Assembly: GCA_049325595.1 (NCBI GenBank)
Contig: JBMOLF010000007.1
Location: 47,999-111,998, forward strand
DNA length: 64,000 bases
Source: Candidatus Babelota bacterium
Lineage (GTDB): Bacteria; Babelota; Babeliae; Babelales; Vermiphilaceae
Reading direction: 5' to 3'
Part shown: piece by piece, positions 48,870 through 58,082 of the stretch
Numbering within the stretch: the stretch's first letter is position 1
How the letters are laid out: the number at the start of each line of letters is the position of its first letter
Notes under the pieces: model-generated
Database searches by the model: none
What the model was told of the DNA's origin: nothing
What the model saw: the letters and a program-made list of their open reading frames with translations, nothing else
Made by a program: the position numbers and the translations under genes

Positions 48870-49877
48870 ATGAAAAAGATTTTAATTACTTTATTAAGTT
48901 CTTGTCTTTATTTCACTGGTTTTGGTTATACCAAAAAAATGGAATATTTTGAGCATCCAGTAACCCATAATGAAGTCGTAGTTTTTTATGATTTTCATGA
49001 AGATCATCTTTTCCCTCAAGAAGCTAAACAACAAGTCAAAGAAATTGTTGCTATGGCAAAAAAAATGAATGCTCATATTGTGATCGAGAACGTGTGGAAT
49101 TACCAAGGAAGTAATCCTACAATTAAAGAAGATTTACTTAAATGTAAGTATAAAAAACCGGCATTGCTTTTGCGAGATGTACAAGATTTAGCAGAAAAAA
49201 TGGGCGTTGCTGTTACTAATGTTGAATATCGTCAAGATCGTGAATATTCTTCGCGCGAAACGCGTAAGGAATATTGCATTCCTGCACAAGAAGCCTTGCA
49301 AACAGTAACTCAAATTATTGATGCAATTAAATCATTTGATGGGCCTGAAGCGTTAAAAAATTATTATAAAGAAGTATTAAAAACAACTGCTATTATGCAT
49401 GAAAGATTAGTTGAAATTTTAGATGGTAAGAAAACTATTTTAGAGCAACTTGCCCAAGATGAAATTGATAAACAAATAATTGAACTCAAAGCTCATTTAC
49501 CTCAAGATTGTGCTGAAATTGATGCAGATGAAGTGATATTGTTTTACGATTCACAATTACTCAATCCTTTAATGGTAAACAAAGTATATGAGTTGCACAA
49601 AATACCTAATGCCCCCTGTGTTTTTGTAATTGCCGGCTCATTCCATACCTGTGAGGTAAGCCAAATATTACAAGATGTTTTAGGTTATGAACTTGTGGAC
49701 ACGCAAGGTGAACTTGAAGAAGCTTTTACGCCAGCGCAAACAGCATTAGAGTTAGCACAAGTGGAAAAATTCTTTAACGATAGCATATTGTCTACTGTTG
49801 TAGCACAAAAAACTGTTTCCTTGCCTAATGTACCAATGAGCTTACTCGATTTTGGATTTACTCATTTTGTTGTATGA
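48870..49877 (+). CDS. Secreted protein, possible TraB/Tiki/EreA/ChaN fold
   Basis: GGAGG RBS; signal peptide; VVFYDFH, IVIE and VIAGSFH motifs. Confidence 0.6.
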   Translation: MKKILITLLSSCLYFTGFGYTKKMEYFEHPVTHNEVVVFYDFHEDHLFPQEAKQQVKEIVAMAKKMNAHIVIENVWNYQGSNPTIKEDLLKCKYKKPALLLRDVQDLAEKMGVAVTNVEYRQDREYSSRETRKEYCIPAQEALQTVTQIIDAIKSFDGPEALKNYYKEVLKTTAIMHERLVEILDGKKTILEQLAQDEIDKQIIELKAHLPQDCAEIDADEVILFYDSQLLNPLMVNKVYELHKIPNAPCVFVIAGSFHTCEVSQILQDVLGYELVDTQGELEEAFTPAQTALELAQVEKFFNDSILSTVVAQKTVSLPNVPMSLLDFGFTHFVV

Positions 49878-49898
49878 TTATAACTCAAACAAATTATC

Positions 49899-49927
49899 AA
49901 AAAGCTCAGTATATCTGAGCTTTTTTT
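49899..49927. terminator. Bidirectional terminator
   Basis: A5-GCTCAG-TATAT-CTGAGC-T7 between convergent genes. Confidence 0.85.
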
Positions 49928-49930
49928 ATC

Positions 49931-50557
49931 TTAATTTTTAATTAAAATAGCACGTGCTGGTGCAGCCTCTAAGCCAACAATATTAAGCGGTAAACATACT
50001 AAGGTATGCGAACCTTCTGCAACAGAAGCTAATCTAAGGCCCTCAATTATAGTGATACCATGAGTGAACAAGATGCTATGAGTTTCATGATTAAGTTGCC
50101 CACGTTCAATCCCTAGATAATCAATTCCTACTGTTTTAATATTATTTTCAACGCACCATTGTGCACCACTGTGATCAAGAAAAACAAAATTAGAATTAAA
50201 TAAATCGGTATTATTTAAAAAACTATTTTTTGTTTTAAAAAGCAAAATATTATTGCTTTGTGGATCTACTTTTTGTTCCAAATATGTTTTGTTAATCGAC
50301 TCGGTAAGATCAGTGCAATCAACCACTGTGCAAGGCCCTACCAAGGTAGCAAGGTTAAGTTGATCAATGGTTGTTCCCTGCTCCAAAAAATGTGCAGGGG
50401 CATCTACATGAGTGCCAGTATGGCAACTTAAGGTAATGATGCTTTCACGTGCATGATCGCGCTCAAATTCTTTTGTCGGAACAAATTCAACTGTTTTTTT
50501 GTTTTTATAACTGGTAATAGCAGTACTAATAGGCCAACTAATATCGATTATTTCCAT
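49931..50557 (-). CDS. Cyclase family metal-dependent hydrolase (kynurenine formamidase-like)
   Basis: IDIS, HTGTHVDAPAH, VGIDYLGI, TH..L, IIEGL.L, PL...G.EAAPARA. Confidence 0.93.
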   Translation of the reverse strand: MEIIDISWPISTAITSYKNKKTVEFVPTKEFERDHARESIITLSCHTGTHVDAPAHFLEQGTTIDQLNLATLVGPCTVVDCTDLTESINKTYLEQKVDPQSNNILLFKTKNSFLNNTDLFNSNFVFLDHSGAQWCVENNIKTVGIDYLGIERGQLNHETHSILFTHGITIIEGLRLASVAEGSHTLVCLPLNIVGLEAAPARAILIKN

Positions 50558-50566
50558 ATAAAAACC

Positions 50567-51466
50567 TTAATCATTTGATTTTTTAAAGGCATGGCCGCCA
50601 AATGCATTACGTAATAAGGCAACCACTTTTGTTGCAAAATTGCCACCAGTTTGTCGTGACCATCGGCGTACTTCTAATGATTTTTCTATGACTGGAATTT
50701 CTATTGCATTAGCATGTGCTTCTTCTACCGTCCATGCTCCCGTGCCACTTTCTTCAATTTCACCCGATATGTTTTGAAGGTCTTGGTCTTTGGTAAAAAT
50801 AGTGTGTGATAATTCTAAAAGCCAGCTGCGAATTACAGCACCATGATTCCACACGCGGGTAATTTCTTCCAAATTAAGATGATCAGCTTTAAATGAACCT
50901 TCTTTGATTAATTCAAAACCCTCAGCATAGGCTTGCATAAGGCCATACTCAATACCATTATGTATCATTTTTACGTAATGGCCGGTGCCAGATTTACCCA
51001 TGTAACCAAACCCATTAGGGGCGGCTACAGCTTTAAAAAGAGGAATTGTTTCTTGATATGCTTTTTTATTGCCACCAACCATTAAACAAAAACCATGTTC
51101 AAGGCCATGAATGCCGCCAGATGTGCCGCAATCTAGAAAATATATATTGTAAGCAGCTAATTCTTGAGCGCGACGGACACTATCATGAAAATTACTATTC
51201 CCGCCATCGATGAGTATGTCACCGGCTTTTAAATGAGGTTTTAATTGCTTGATAACATTATCTACAATAGGACCAGCAGGAACCATAAGCCAAATCACAC
51301 GACATTGCAGAGCAACTTCAGAAATATTTTTTACTAGAGTAATTTCACCCATTGACGATAACGATTCAACTGCAGGATCATAGCCAACTACATCATGGCC
51401 GTACAAAGCAACGCGTTTTGCAATGCCAGCGCCCATTCTGCCAAGCCCGATAATTCCCAATTTCAT
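50567..51466 (-). CDS. gnd: 6-phosphogluconate dehydrogenase, decarboxylating (short type)
   Basis: GLGRMG, MVPAG, DGGNS, DCGTSGG, KMIHNGIEYG, SGTGAWT, LRNAFGGH; ATG overlaps zwf TGA. Confidence 0.95.
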   Translation of the reverse strand: MKLGIIGLGRMGAGIAKRVALYGHDVVGYDPAVESLSSMGEITLVKNISEVALQCRVIWLMVPAGPIVDNVIKQLKPHLKAGDILIDGGNSNFHDSVRRAQELAAYNIYFLDCGTSGGIHGLEHGFCLMVGGNKKAYQETIPLFKAVAAPNGFGYMGKSGTGHYVKMIHNGIEYGLMQAYAEGFELIKEGSFKADHLNLEEITRVWNHGAVIRSWLLELSHTIFTKDQDLQNISGEIEESGTGAWTVEEAHANAIEIPVIEKSLEVRRWSRQTGGNFATKVVALLRNAFGGHAFKKSND

Positions 51467-52857
51467 ATACGCCACCTCAGATTATGTTTGTTATTAAATT
51501 GTTCGGTTTCAATAGGTCCGCTACTAGATTGTCTATAGGAATAGACCGGTAATTCTAATTTGCGAATATCTTCGATGATTTGCCATGCATATTCGATTTC
51601 ATCAAATCGTACTGAAACTTCTTGTGAGCCACGCATTATTTCTATAAACAACACTTCATACGCTTCTGGTGTTGCTGAGCTGTATAAAGCATTATGTGAA
51701 AATTCCATATTAACAGGAACAACTTCTTGCAATGTGTCAGGTTTTTTAACATTAAGTGTCAAAATAAAAGAAGAATCGGGAAATATTCTAAAAGTTAAAT
51801 AGTTAGTGTCACTAGGGCATGCTTTTGCAAGAAGGCAATCAACCGCTTTAAATTTTATGTGAATGACCGTTTCTTTTTTATTGAGCATTTTTCCTGTTTT
51901 TAGGTAAAACGGTACGCCACGCCAACGCTCGTTATCAACGGTTAAACAAGCAATAGCAAAAGTTTCAGTTTTAGAATCAGGTTTTACGTCGGCTTCTTGA
52001 GTATATCCTTGATATTGCCCTAATAATGCATCTTTTACTTTAATTTTTTTAAGGACTGCAACGCGTTGATCACGAATAAATTCACCCGTTAATCGTGCTG
52101 GTGATTCCATGGCAATAAGTGCCATTAATTCAAGCATATGATTTTGCATTACATCAGCAAGAGCACCATAGTGATCATAATAACCACCCCGACCGCTTAC
52201 GCCAATGGTTTCGCTGAGCACTATTTGAACATTATCAATGTAGCGATTATTCCAAAGTGGCTCTAACACACAGTTAGTAAAGCGTACTAAAGCAATATTG
52301 CTTACTAATTCTTTGCTTAAGTAATGGTCAACTCGATAAATTTGGGATTCATTGAATGAAGCAGCAATACATGAGTTAATTTCTTGTGCTGAGCGTGAAT
52401 CATGGCCAAATGGTTTTTCATACACTAATCGATGCCAAATAGAACTTGTGTTATCCAACCGCAGCGCTATTTTGGCAGCTGCAACATAATTAGTGATTTG
52501 ACAGAAAAAATAAGCAGCAGTAGCTAAGTAAACAATACGATTACCACTTAACCCATGCGCTTGTTCTACCTTATAAATCTGCTCGCTTAACTTTTCATAA
52601 TCAGAAGCAACAGTAAAATCTAAGGGATAATAATACATATGTTGAGCAAGCTTATCCCATGTTGCTTGATCAAAATCTTGAACAAATTCTTTAGCATTGT
52701 TCATAATATGCTCAACCGTCACCTTATCACGAGCTGTGCCAATTATAGCAAAATTAGAAACTTTATTGTGCTGCAGCAAGCGATATAACGAGGGGATAAG
52801 TTTTCGCTTGGTTAAATCACCCGTAGCGCCAAAAATGACTATGGTTGCGTTATTCAT
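51463..52857 (-). CDS. zwf: Glucose-6-phosphate 1-dehydrogenase
   Basis: FGATGDL..RKL, EKPFG, RVDHYLSKE, DVMQNH, RWRGVPFYLKTGK. Confidence 0.95.
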   Translation of the reverse strand: MNNATIVIFGATGDLTKRKLIPSLYRLLQHNKVSNFAIIGTARDKVTVEHIMNNAKEFVQDFDQATWDKLAQHMYYYPLDFTVASDYEKLSEQIYKVEQAHGLSGNRIVYLATAAYFFCQITNYVAAAKIALRLDNTSSIWHRLVYEKPFGHDSRSAQEINSCIAASFNESQIYRVDHYLSKELVSNIALVRFTNCVLEPLWNNRYIDNVQIVLSETIGVSGRGGYYDHYGALADVMQNHMLELMALIAMESPARLTGEFIRDQRVAVLKKIKVKDALLGQYQGYTQEADVKPDSKTETFAIACLTVDNERWRGVPFYLKTGKMLNKKETVIHIKFKAVDCLLAKACPSDTNYLTFRIFPDSSFILTLNVKKPDTLQEVVPVNMEFSHNALYSSATPEAYEVLFIEIMRGSQEVSVRFDEIEYAWQIIEDIRKLELPVYSYRQSSSGPIETEQFNNKHNLRWRI

Positions 52858-54175
52858 GAGCAAGAATCTTTCTCGTTTCTTGTTTATATAATTCTACTTG
52901 TGGCTGATCAAATGGATTTATGTGTAATAAATACCCAAGATATGCAATATAGATCATATTATATTGTAAAAATTGTCCTACATACCATGCAGATTTTTCA
53001 GGTAACAGGATTTCCAAAAAGGGAAGTTTATTATTGCGATATGCAATGGTTGTTCCTTGATATATTGCCTGCATTATATGGGGTAATGTTTTATTTTCTA
53101 ATGATTTAACCAGTTTAGTGTACTCGGGATAATTGGGAACAACAAGTTCAGAATAATTTTGGCCGACGGTAATAAACGAAGTAAAGCGATTTGGTTGGGT
53201 AGATAAATAGAGTTGGGCAACTGAATGTAAATCAGAACTGCCTATTGATACCGTGGGAGTAATACCAACATGCACCAGGTTATTATCTTTGTCATATTGT
53301 TTGCCTATACTTTCTCCCATAAGCTGTCGATACCATTTACCAGCTCGTTCCAAATCGACTGAAAAAATAAATGAATCATGAATGGCAATATTATTTTTTT
53401 TATAGTGGTGGTATATACAGGCAGCAGTCAGCGCAGCAGGATTTTGAGTAATGTCATGAGTTAAGCAGAGATTAATTATACTTTGAGCTCCTGCTAATAG
53501 TTCTTCTATATTAATACCAATAATAGAAAGAGGAAAAAGCCCTACTGGAGTTAATACTGAATAGCGTCCACCCACCAAATGAGGAATTTCAAGGCAGGTA
53601 AATTGCTGATCATGAGCTAATTGCCAGAGTGCTGAGTCTTTATCGGTGGTAACAATTACGTAATGACGATAAGAATCCCCCAAATATTTTTTAAGAAGCT
53701 CGATAAAAATCTGTGCATTAGCAATGGTTTCGGTAGTTGACCCTGATTTGCTAATAATATTAATTAAAATGGTATGTTCTTCTTGCAAATATTGTTCTGC
53801 AAGCAACAAAATATCATTGATAAAATCTGTATCAACCGTATCGGCAAAATAAATAGTAGTATCGGGTTGCTGTTGGTTAAAAAATGTTCCATATAGCGCT
53901 TCTTGAACTGCCTGAGGCCCTAAAGAAGATCCGCCAATACCAATTACAATAATGGCTCGTGGTTCTAATTTTTTTTTCTCATGAGCGATTGCTTGAACTT
54001 TTTGCAGGGATTGTGTGTCATGTGGAACATTAATAAACGCATAGGGTGTTTGATAACCCTGCGATTGGGCATTTTTAAGATGATTAATCTCAGATTGTAG
54101 CTGTTGATTGATCTCGTTTAATATGTCACTGCTTAACAAAGCGCTGTTTTGATAAGAAAGAGTAAAATGCGTCAC
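52850..54175 (-). CDS. pgi: Glucose-6-phosphate isomerase
   Basis: IGIGGSSLG, SKSGSTTET, VGGRYSVL, QLMGESIGK, DLHS, NPFDQPQVE.YK. Confidence 0.95.
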   Translation of the reverse strand: MTHFTLSYQNSALLSSDILNEINQQLQSEINHLKNAQSQGYQTPYAFINVPHDTQSLQKVQAIAHEKKKLEPRAIIVIGIGGSSLGPQAVQEALYGTFFNQQQPDTTIYFADTVDTDFINDILLLAEQYLQEEHTILINIISKSGSTTETIANAQIFIELLKKYLGDSYRHYVIVTTDKDSALWQLAHDQQFTCLEIPHLVGGRYSVLTPVGLFPLSIIGINIEELLAGAQSIINLCLTHDITQNPAALTAACIYHHYKKNNIAIHDSFIFSVDLERAGKWYRQLMGESIGKQYDKDNNLVHVGITPTVSIGSSDLHSVAQLYLSTQPNRFTSFITVGQNYSELVVPNYPEYTKLVKSLENKTLPHIMQAIYQGTTIAYRNNKLPFLEILLPEKSAWYVGQFLQYNMIYIAYLGYLLHINPFDQPQVELYKQETRKILAHE

Positions 54176-54276
54176 AAAACTATCCTTTTCTTCTAAACAC
54201 CGGTAAGGTAAAAACAGGTTTATCCTAGCAAGAGAATTTATTTTCTGTTAAGAGAAAATGTTTTTAAGGAGTATGA

Positions 54277-54717
54277 ATGAATAATCGTTATTCTACTTTA
54301 CAATCTTACGCATTATTGCTTGTACGTCTAGTTGTTGGTTCTGTTTTTATGTTGCATGGACTACAAAAAGTTTTTGGGTTATTTGGTGGGCCAGGTCTGA
54401 CTGGCTTTGCAACATGGATAGCAAGCATGGGAGTGCCGGCTTTTTTAGGTTATGCTGCTGCATTGGTTGAACTTGCCAGTGGTATTATGATTTTTTTTGG
54501 TATTGCCACAGAATTAGGTGCAGTCTTGGTTATACCACTTATGAAAGTTGCTATCTATTTAGTGCATTGGAAAAATGGATACTTTATACAAAATGAAGGT
54601 TATGAGTATGCATTAAACCTTTTATTGCTTGCAGTAGCGCTTATTATTGGTGGGCCCGGAGCAGGTGCACTATGGGATCCATTCAAAAAATGGAGAATAT
54701 TAAAAAAGAGTTATTAA
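54277..54717 (+). CDS. DoxX family membrane protein
   Basis: LLVRL..G..F..HG.QK, EL..G, VHW.NG, GYEY, GPG. Confidence 0.92.
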   Translation: MNNRYSTLQSYALLLVRLVVGSVFMLHGLQKVFGLFGGPGLTGFATWIASMGVPAFLGYAAALVELASGIMIFFGIATELGAVLVIPLMKVAIYLVHWKNGYFIQNEGYEYALNLLLLAVALIIGGPGAGALWDPFKKWRILKKSY

Positions 54718-54830
54718 AAGCCCTTAATTTGACAATTTTATACCTTGCTATACCTTTGATTGAGTAACAGAATTATTGCAAAATTATTATTTATTGCAAT
54801 TTGAATGGTTGTCTTTTGGGGAGGTTGACC

Positions 54831-55556
54831 ATGCATCTTTGGTATAGCAGGATTTATATTCTGCTTTGTTTAATTCCACTAGCAGGATGTGGCCCGCGCT
54901 ATAAGCGCACGCAACTTGCACCGCTTTCAAATAAGAATGCTGAATATGTTTCTACCAAAAGTAATGTTACGGTAAGAGCGGTAAAATTACCCAAATCTGC
55001 AATAAAAAACCTTTTTGATGGTAGAGGAGTTAAAATTACTCGCTATCCGATTTCAGTTATTCAACTTTCATTAAGCAATTATCACAATATTCCCTTGTTT
55101 TTAACAACGCAGCAGGTGGGCTTAGTATTGCTTTCAGATAAATCTATTAAAGACATATGTTTTGATTCAAAATCAGGCTATATACTTAAAGATTGTTTCA
55201 AAGGATTAGGTATTGCAACTATGGTTACCGCAATGAGTTGTGCTCCATTAGCATTTGGCGTAATACCCATAGGTTATTATTGTGCCCTAGCAGGTGGCTG
55301 TGTAGCAGCTGGCACAGTGGTGGCTACACCACTAGTAAGTTTTTTCCAAACCAAGAAAAACGTTTGCTTGTCTAATCAGCTACTTAATGCTGATATTAAC
55401 CAAACGTTGTTGTTTGATAGCTTTATGATACCATCATGTCAAACGCGCCAATGTCTTTTATTTGTTCTACAAAAAGATTACAAGCCCAAATTTGCAATAA
55501 CGCTTACTGATCAACATAATAAAGAAATTCAAACATTTACTATTAAATTACCATGA
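54831..55556 (+). CDS. Lipoprotein family member 1 (central hydrophobic hairpin)
   Basis: GGAGG RBS; lipobox LAGC-GPRYK; FDGRG; long hydrophobic segment. Confidence 0.8.
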   Translation: MHLWYSRIYILLCLIPLAGCGPRYKRTQLAPLSNKNAEYVSTKSNVTVRAVKLPKSAIKNLFDGRGVKITRYPISVIQLSLSNYHNIPLFLTTQQVGLVLLSDKSIKDICFDSKSGYILKDCFKGLGIATMVTAMSCAPLAFGVIPIGYYCALAGGCVAAGTVVATPLVSFFQTKKNVCLSNQLLNADINQTLLFDSFMIPSCQTRQCLLFVLQKDYKPKFAITLTDQHNKEIQTFTIKLP

Positions 55557-56299
55557 TGAGCTATAAATTTTCTTTACTGATATTTAGTCTTTTAATCCTT
55601 GCCGGCTGTGGTCGCCCGCGTTATAACGTGTGCCCATTAAAACCTGTACATAAACGTGCTGCACTTTATTCAGAAAAAAAAGATGGAATAAAAGTGCGGG
55701 TAAAGCGTTTAAATCAAGAGCAAACTAACAAATTATTTAGAGGAAGAGGAAAAAGGCTTAAGCAGTCGCGCCATGGACAAGGTATTGTTCCGTTGCATTT
55801 TACCATAAAAAATTACCACGAACTACCCATAACGGTAGAAAAAAAAGACATTGAATTGCCTCTTGTTGATTATGCACAAGTTGCTAAAAGAATGTTTTCT
55901 TCAACAACTAAACGAGTGGCCGCGCTTGCGGTAATTGGTATTGGTTGCACCGCTTTGACATTTGCCGGATCATGCGTGTGTGGACTTGTCGGCGCAATGT
56001 CGGGATTGCCAATTTTCATAGCCGCTTCATATGGGACGGGGATGCTCAGCGGGGCGTTACTGGTGGGAACTCCTGTGGTAACATACCTCAATGCGTCTGG
56101 TTCGCGGGAAGTAAACCAATTAATTTATAAAGATATTTATCAAAAAACGGTTGTTGATGTATTGGCTATTAAACCGTTTAGTGAAGAAACATTTCTTGTT
56201 TTTATTACCGAGAAGGATAAAAAAAATAGATTTGCTATGAAAGTAAAGCATGAGAATGGTAATGAAACACTTTTTGCTATTGATTTAAACTATTCATAG
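55553..56299 (+). CDS. Lipoprotein family member 2
   Basis: Lipobox LAGC-GRPRY; FRGRG; long hydrophobic segment; ATGA overlap. Confidence 0.8.
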   Translation: MMSYKFSLLIFSLLILAGCGRPRYNVCPLKPVHKRAALYSEKKDGIKVRVKRLNQEQTNKLFRGRGKRLKQSRHGQGIVPLHFTIKNYHELPITVEKKDIELPLVDYAQVAKRMFSSTTKRVAALAVIGIGCTALTFAGSCVCGLVGAMSGLPIFIAASYGTGMLSGALLVGTPVVTYLNASGSREVNQLIYKDIYQKTVVDVLAIKPFSEETFLVFITEKDKKNRFAMKVKHENGNETLFAIDLNYS

Positions 56300-56306
56300 G
56301 AATTAT

Positions 56307-57092
56307 ATGAAATTGTTATCAGCTATTTATAAGGGAGTAGTGATAGCGAGTTTGTTAGTTTTAGTTCCAGCCTGTGGTCCACGTTATAAAAAAAGAAATT
56401 TACACCCCTTAACCAGTGTTAATGCAGATTTTCAAGAAACAAAAAATGAGTTAACCGTACGAGCAAAATCATTAACCTCACCAGAGACCAACGTCTTATT
56501 TAATGGCAGAGGAACTGACTTATTTAATGAGTCAAAAAATCAAATTCATGCAATACAGCTTTCATGCTTAAATCAGTCTGACAAGGTGTATACCGTTGAT
56601 AAAAAATCCATAGGGATACCATTAGTAGAAATTGAAAAACTATATAAGAAAATGGCATGGTCTCCAGGAGCTCAGGTTACTGCTGCAGCGCTTGGTGGTT
56701 GTGCGCTTGGTATTGGAATAACTGCTGGAAATGCCTATTTGCTTTCAACAGGAGTTTTCTTTACTATGCCGCTTGTTGCAAGTGTTGCTGGATTGACAGC
56801 TATGTTTGTTCCGTATTCGCTTCTTTTTGGAATACCATATGTTTGTTACTCATTAGCTAAAAACGGACGAGCAGCAAATCACGCGTTGGAAAAAGATCTT
56901 GCTAACAAATCATTAACTGACTGTTTAGTTATTTCTCCAAAACAACAAAAAGATTGGTTGATTTTTGTAAATCATACTGATTTTAATCCGTCATTTTTAA
57001 TGACATTCTCCAATTTGCTTAATAAAGAATTAATCACTTTTGATATAAATCTTTTACAAAAAAGCAGTCATGTATGGCATGCAGCTTTATAA
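56307..57092 (+). CDS. Lipoprotein family member 3
   Basis: VPAC-GPRYK; FNGRG; hydrophobic hairpin; QKDWL..F.PSF tail. Confidence 0.8.
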   Translation: MKLLSAIYKGVVIASLLVLVPACGPRYKKRNLHPLTSVNADFQETKNELTVRAKSLTSPETNVLFNGRGTDLFNESKNQIHAIQLSCLNQSDKVYTVDKKSIGIPLVEIEKLYKKMAWSPGAQVTAAALGGCALGIGITAGNAYLLSTGVFFTMPLVASVAGLTAMFVPYSLLFGIPYVCYSLAKNGRAANHALEKDLANKSLTDCLVISPKQQKDWLIFVNHTDFNPSFLMTFSNLLNKELITFDINLLQKSSHVWHAAL

Positions 57093-57116
57093 AATATTTT
57101 GTAGGGAACAATATCG

Positions 57117-57254
57117 ATGAATGTATCTAAGTTTTTTTTAAATTTAATTATTGTTGCTTATCTTATTCTACTTCCAGCATGTGCTCGCCAAATGAAAGGA
57201 TCGTGTAATTCATTTGCTGATTGGTGGGGCGGTATTCTATGCCCAAGGGATTGA
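57117..57254 (+). CDS. 45-aa mini-lipoprotein (below ORF-track cutoff)
   Basis: MNVSKFFLNLIIVAYLILLPAC-ARQMKGSCNSFADWWGGILCPRD*; AGGGA RBS; fills the gap between members 3 and 4. Confidence 0.6.
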   Translation: MNVSKFFLNLIIVAYLILLPACARQMKGSCNSFADWWGGILCPRD

Positions 57255-57284
57255 TAAGCTATATCTATTGAACGAGATATTAAA

Positions 57285-58067
57285 ATGAAATTATTATCAG
57301 CTATTTATAGGGGAATAGCAATAGCGAGTTTATTAGTTTTAGTGCCGGCTTGTGGACCACGTTATAAAAAAAGAAGTTTGCAACCGCTTAATACTGCTAA
57401 TTCACATTTTGAAGCGACAAATAATGATATTACCATGCGCGCACGAGTTTTAACAGCGCAAGAAGCCCTACATACATTTAATGGTCGTGGTAAAAAATTG
57501 TTTACTGGTAAAAAGCCTGCTCATGTAATTCAAATTGCCTGTGCAAATAATTCATCTGAGGTTTGCCAAATTAATGATGCAGATATTCAGTTGAAATCTA
57601 TAAGCAAAGAAGAACTCTTTGATGAATTACGCTTTTCGGGATTACAGAGAGCTCTTTCAATTGGGCTAGGAGGGGGATTGGGATTAGTTGGATTAAGCTC
57701 TTTGGAGAGACTTAACTATTTTGCTTTGACCTCACTCAATTCGCCATGGATTTTTTGGAGTTCTGTTGTTGTGCTTGGAACTACCATATCAGCGGGAGTT
57801 CTTGCAATACCAGCATTAACAGTTAAGCATGCTATTGAGTCTAAATATTACAATAAAAAAATAAAACATGATATTACTAGCAAATTAGGTGATGAACTGC
57901 AGCTAATTGATCCTCATTTGCAAAAAGATTGGTTACTAGTTGTTAAGCATAAAAATTTTAAACCATCATTTTTAATAAAAGTTACTGATCGTTATAATAA
58001 TGAGTTAACGAGTTTTGAAGTAAATCTTTTACAAAAAAATGGTTTTATCTGGCATGCGACTGCGTAA
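57285..58067 (+). CDS. Lipoprotein family member 4
   Basis: N-terminus nearly identical to 56307 (MKLLSAIY.G..IASLLVLVPACGPRYKKR); FNGRG; QKDWL; WHA tail. Confidence 0.8.
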   Translation: MKLLSAIYRGIAIASLLVLVPACGPRYKKRSLQPLNTANSHFEATNNDITMRARVLTAQEALHTFNGRGKKLFTGKKPAHVIQIACANNSSEVCQINDADIQLKSISKEELFDELRFSGLQRALSIGLGGGLGLVGLSSLERLNYFALTSLNSPWIFWSSVVVLGTTISAGVLAIPALTVKHAIESKYYNKKIKHDITSKLGDELQLIDPHLQKDWLLVVKHKNFKPSFLIKVTDRYNNELTSFEVNLLQKNGFIWHATA

Positions 58068-58082
58068 AAAAAAGGATATTAA

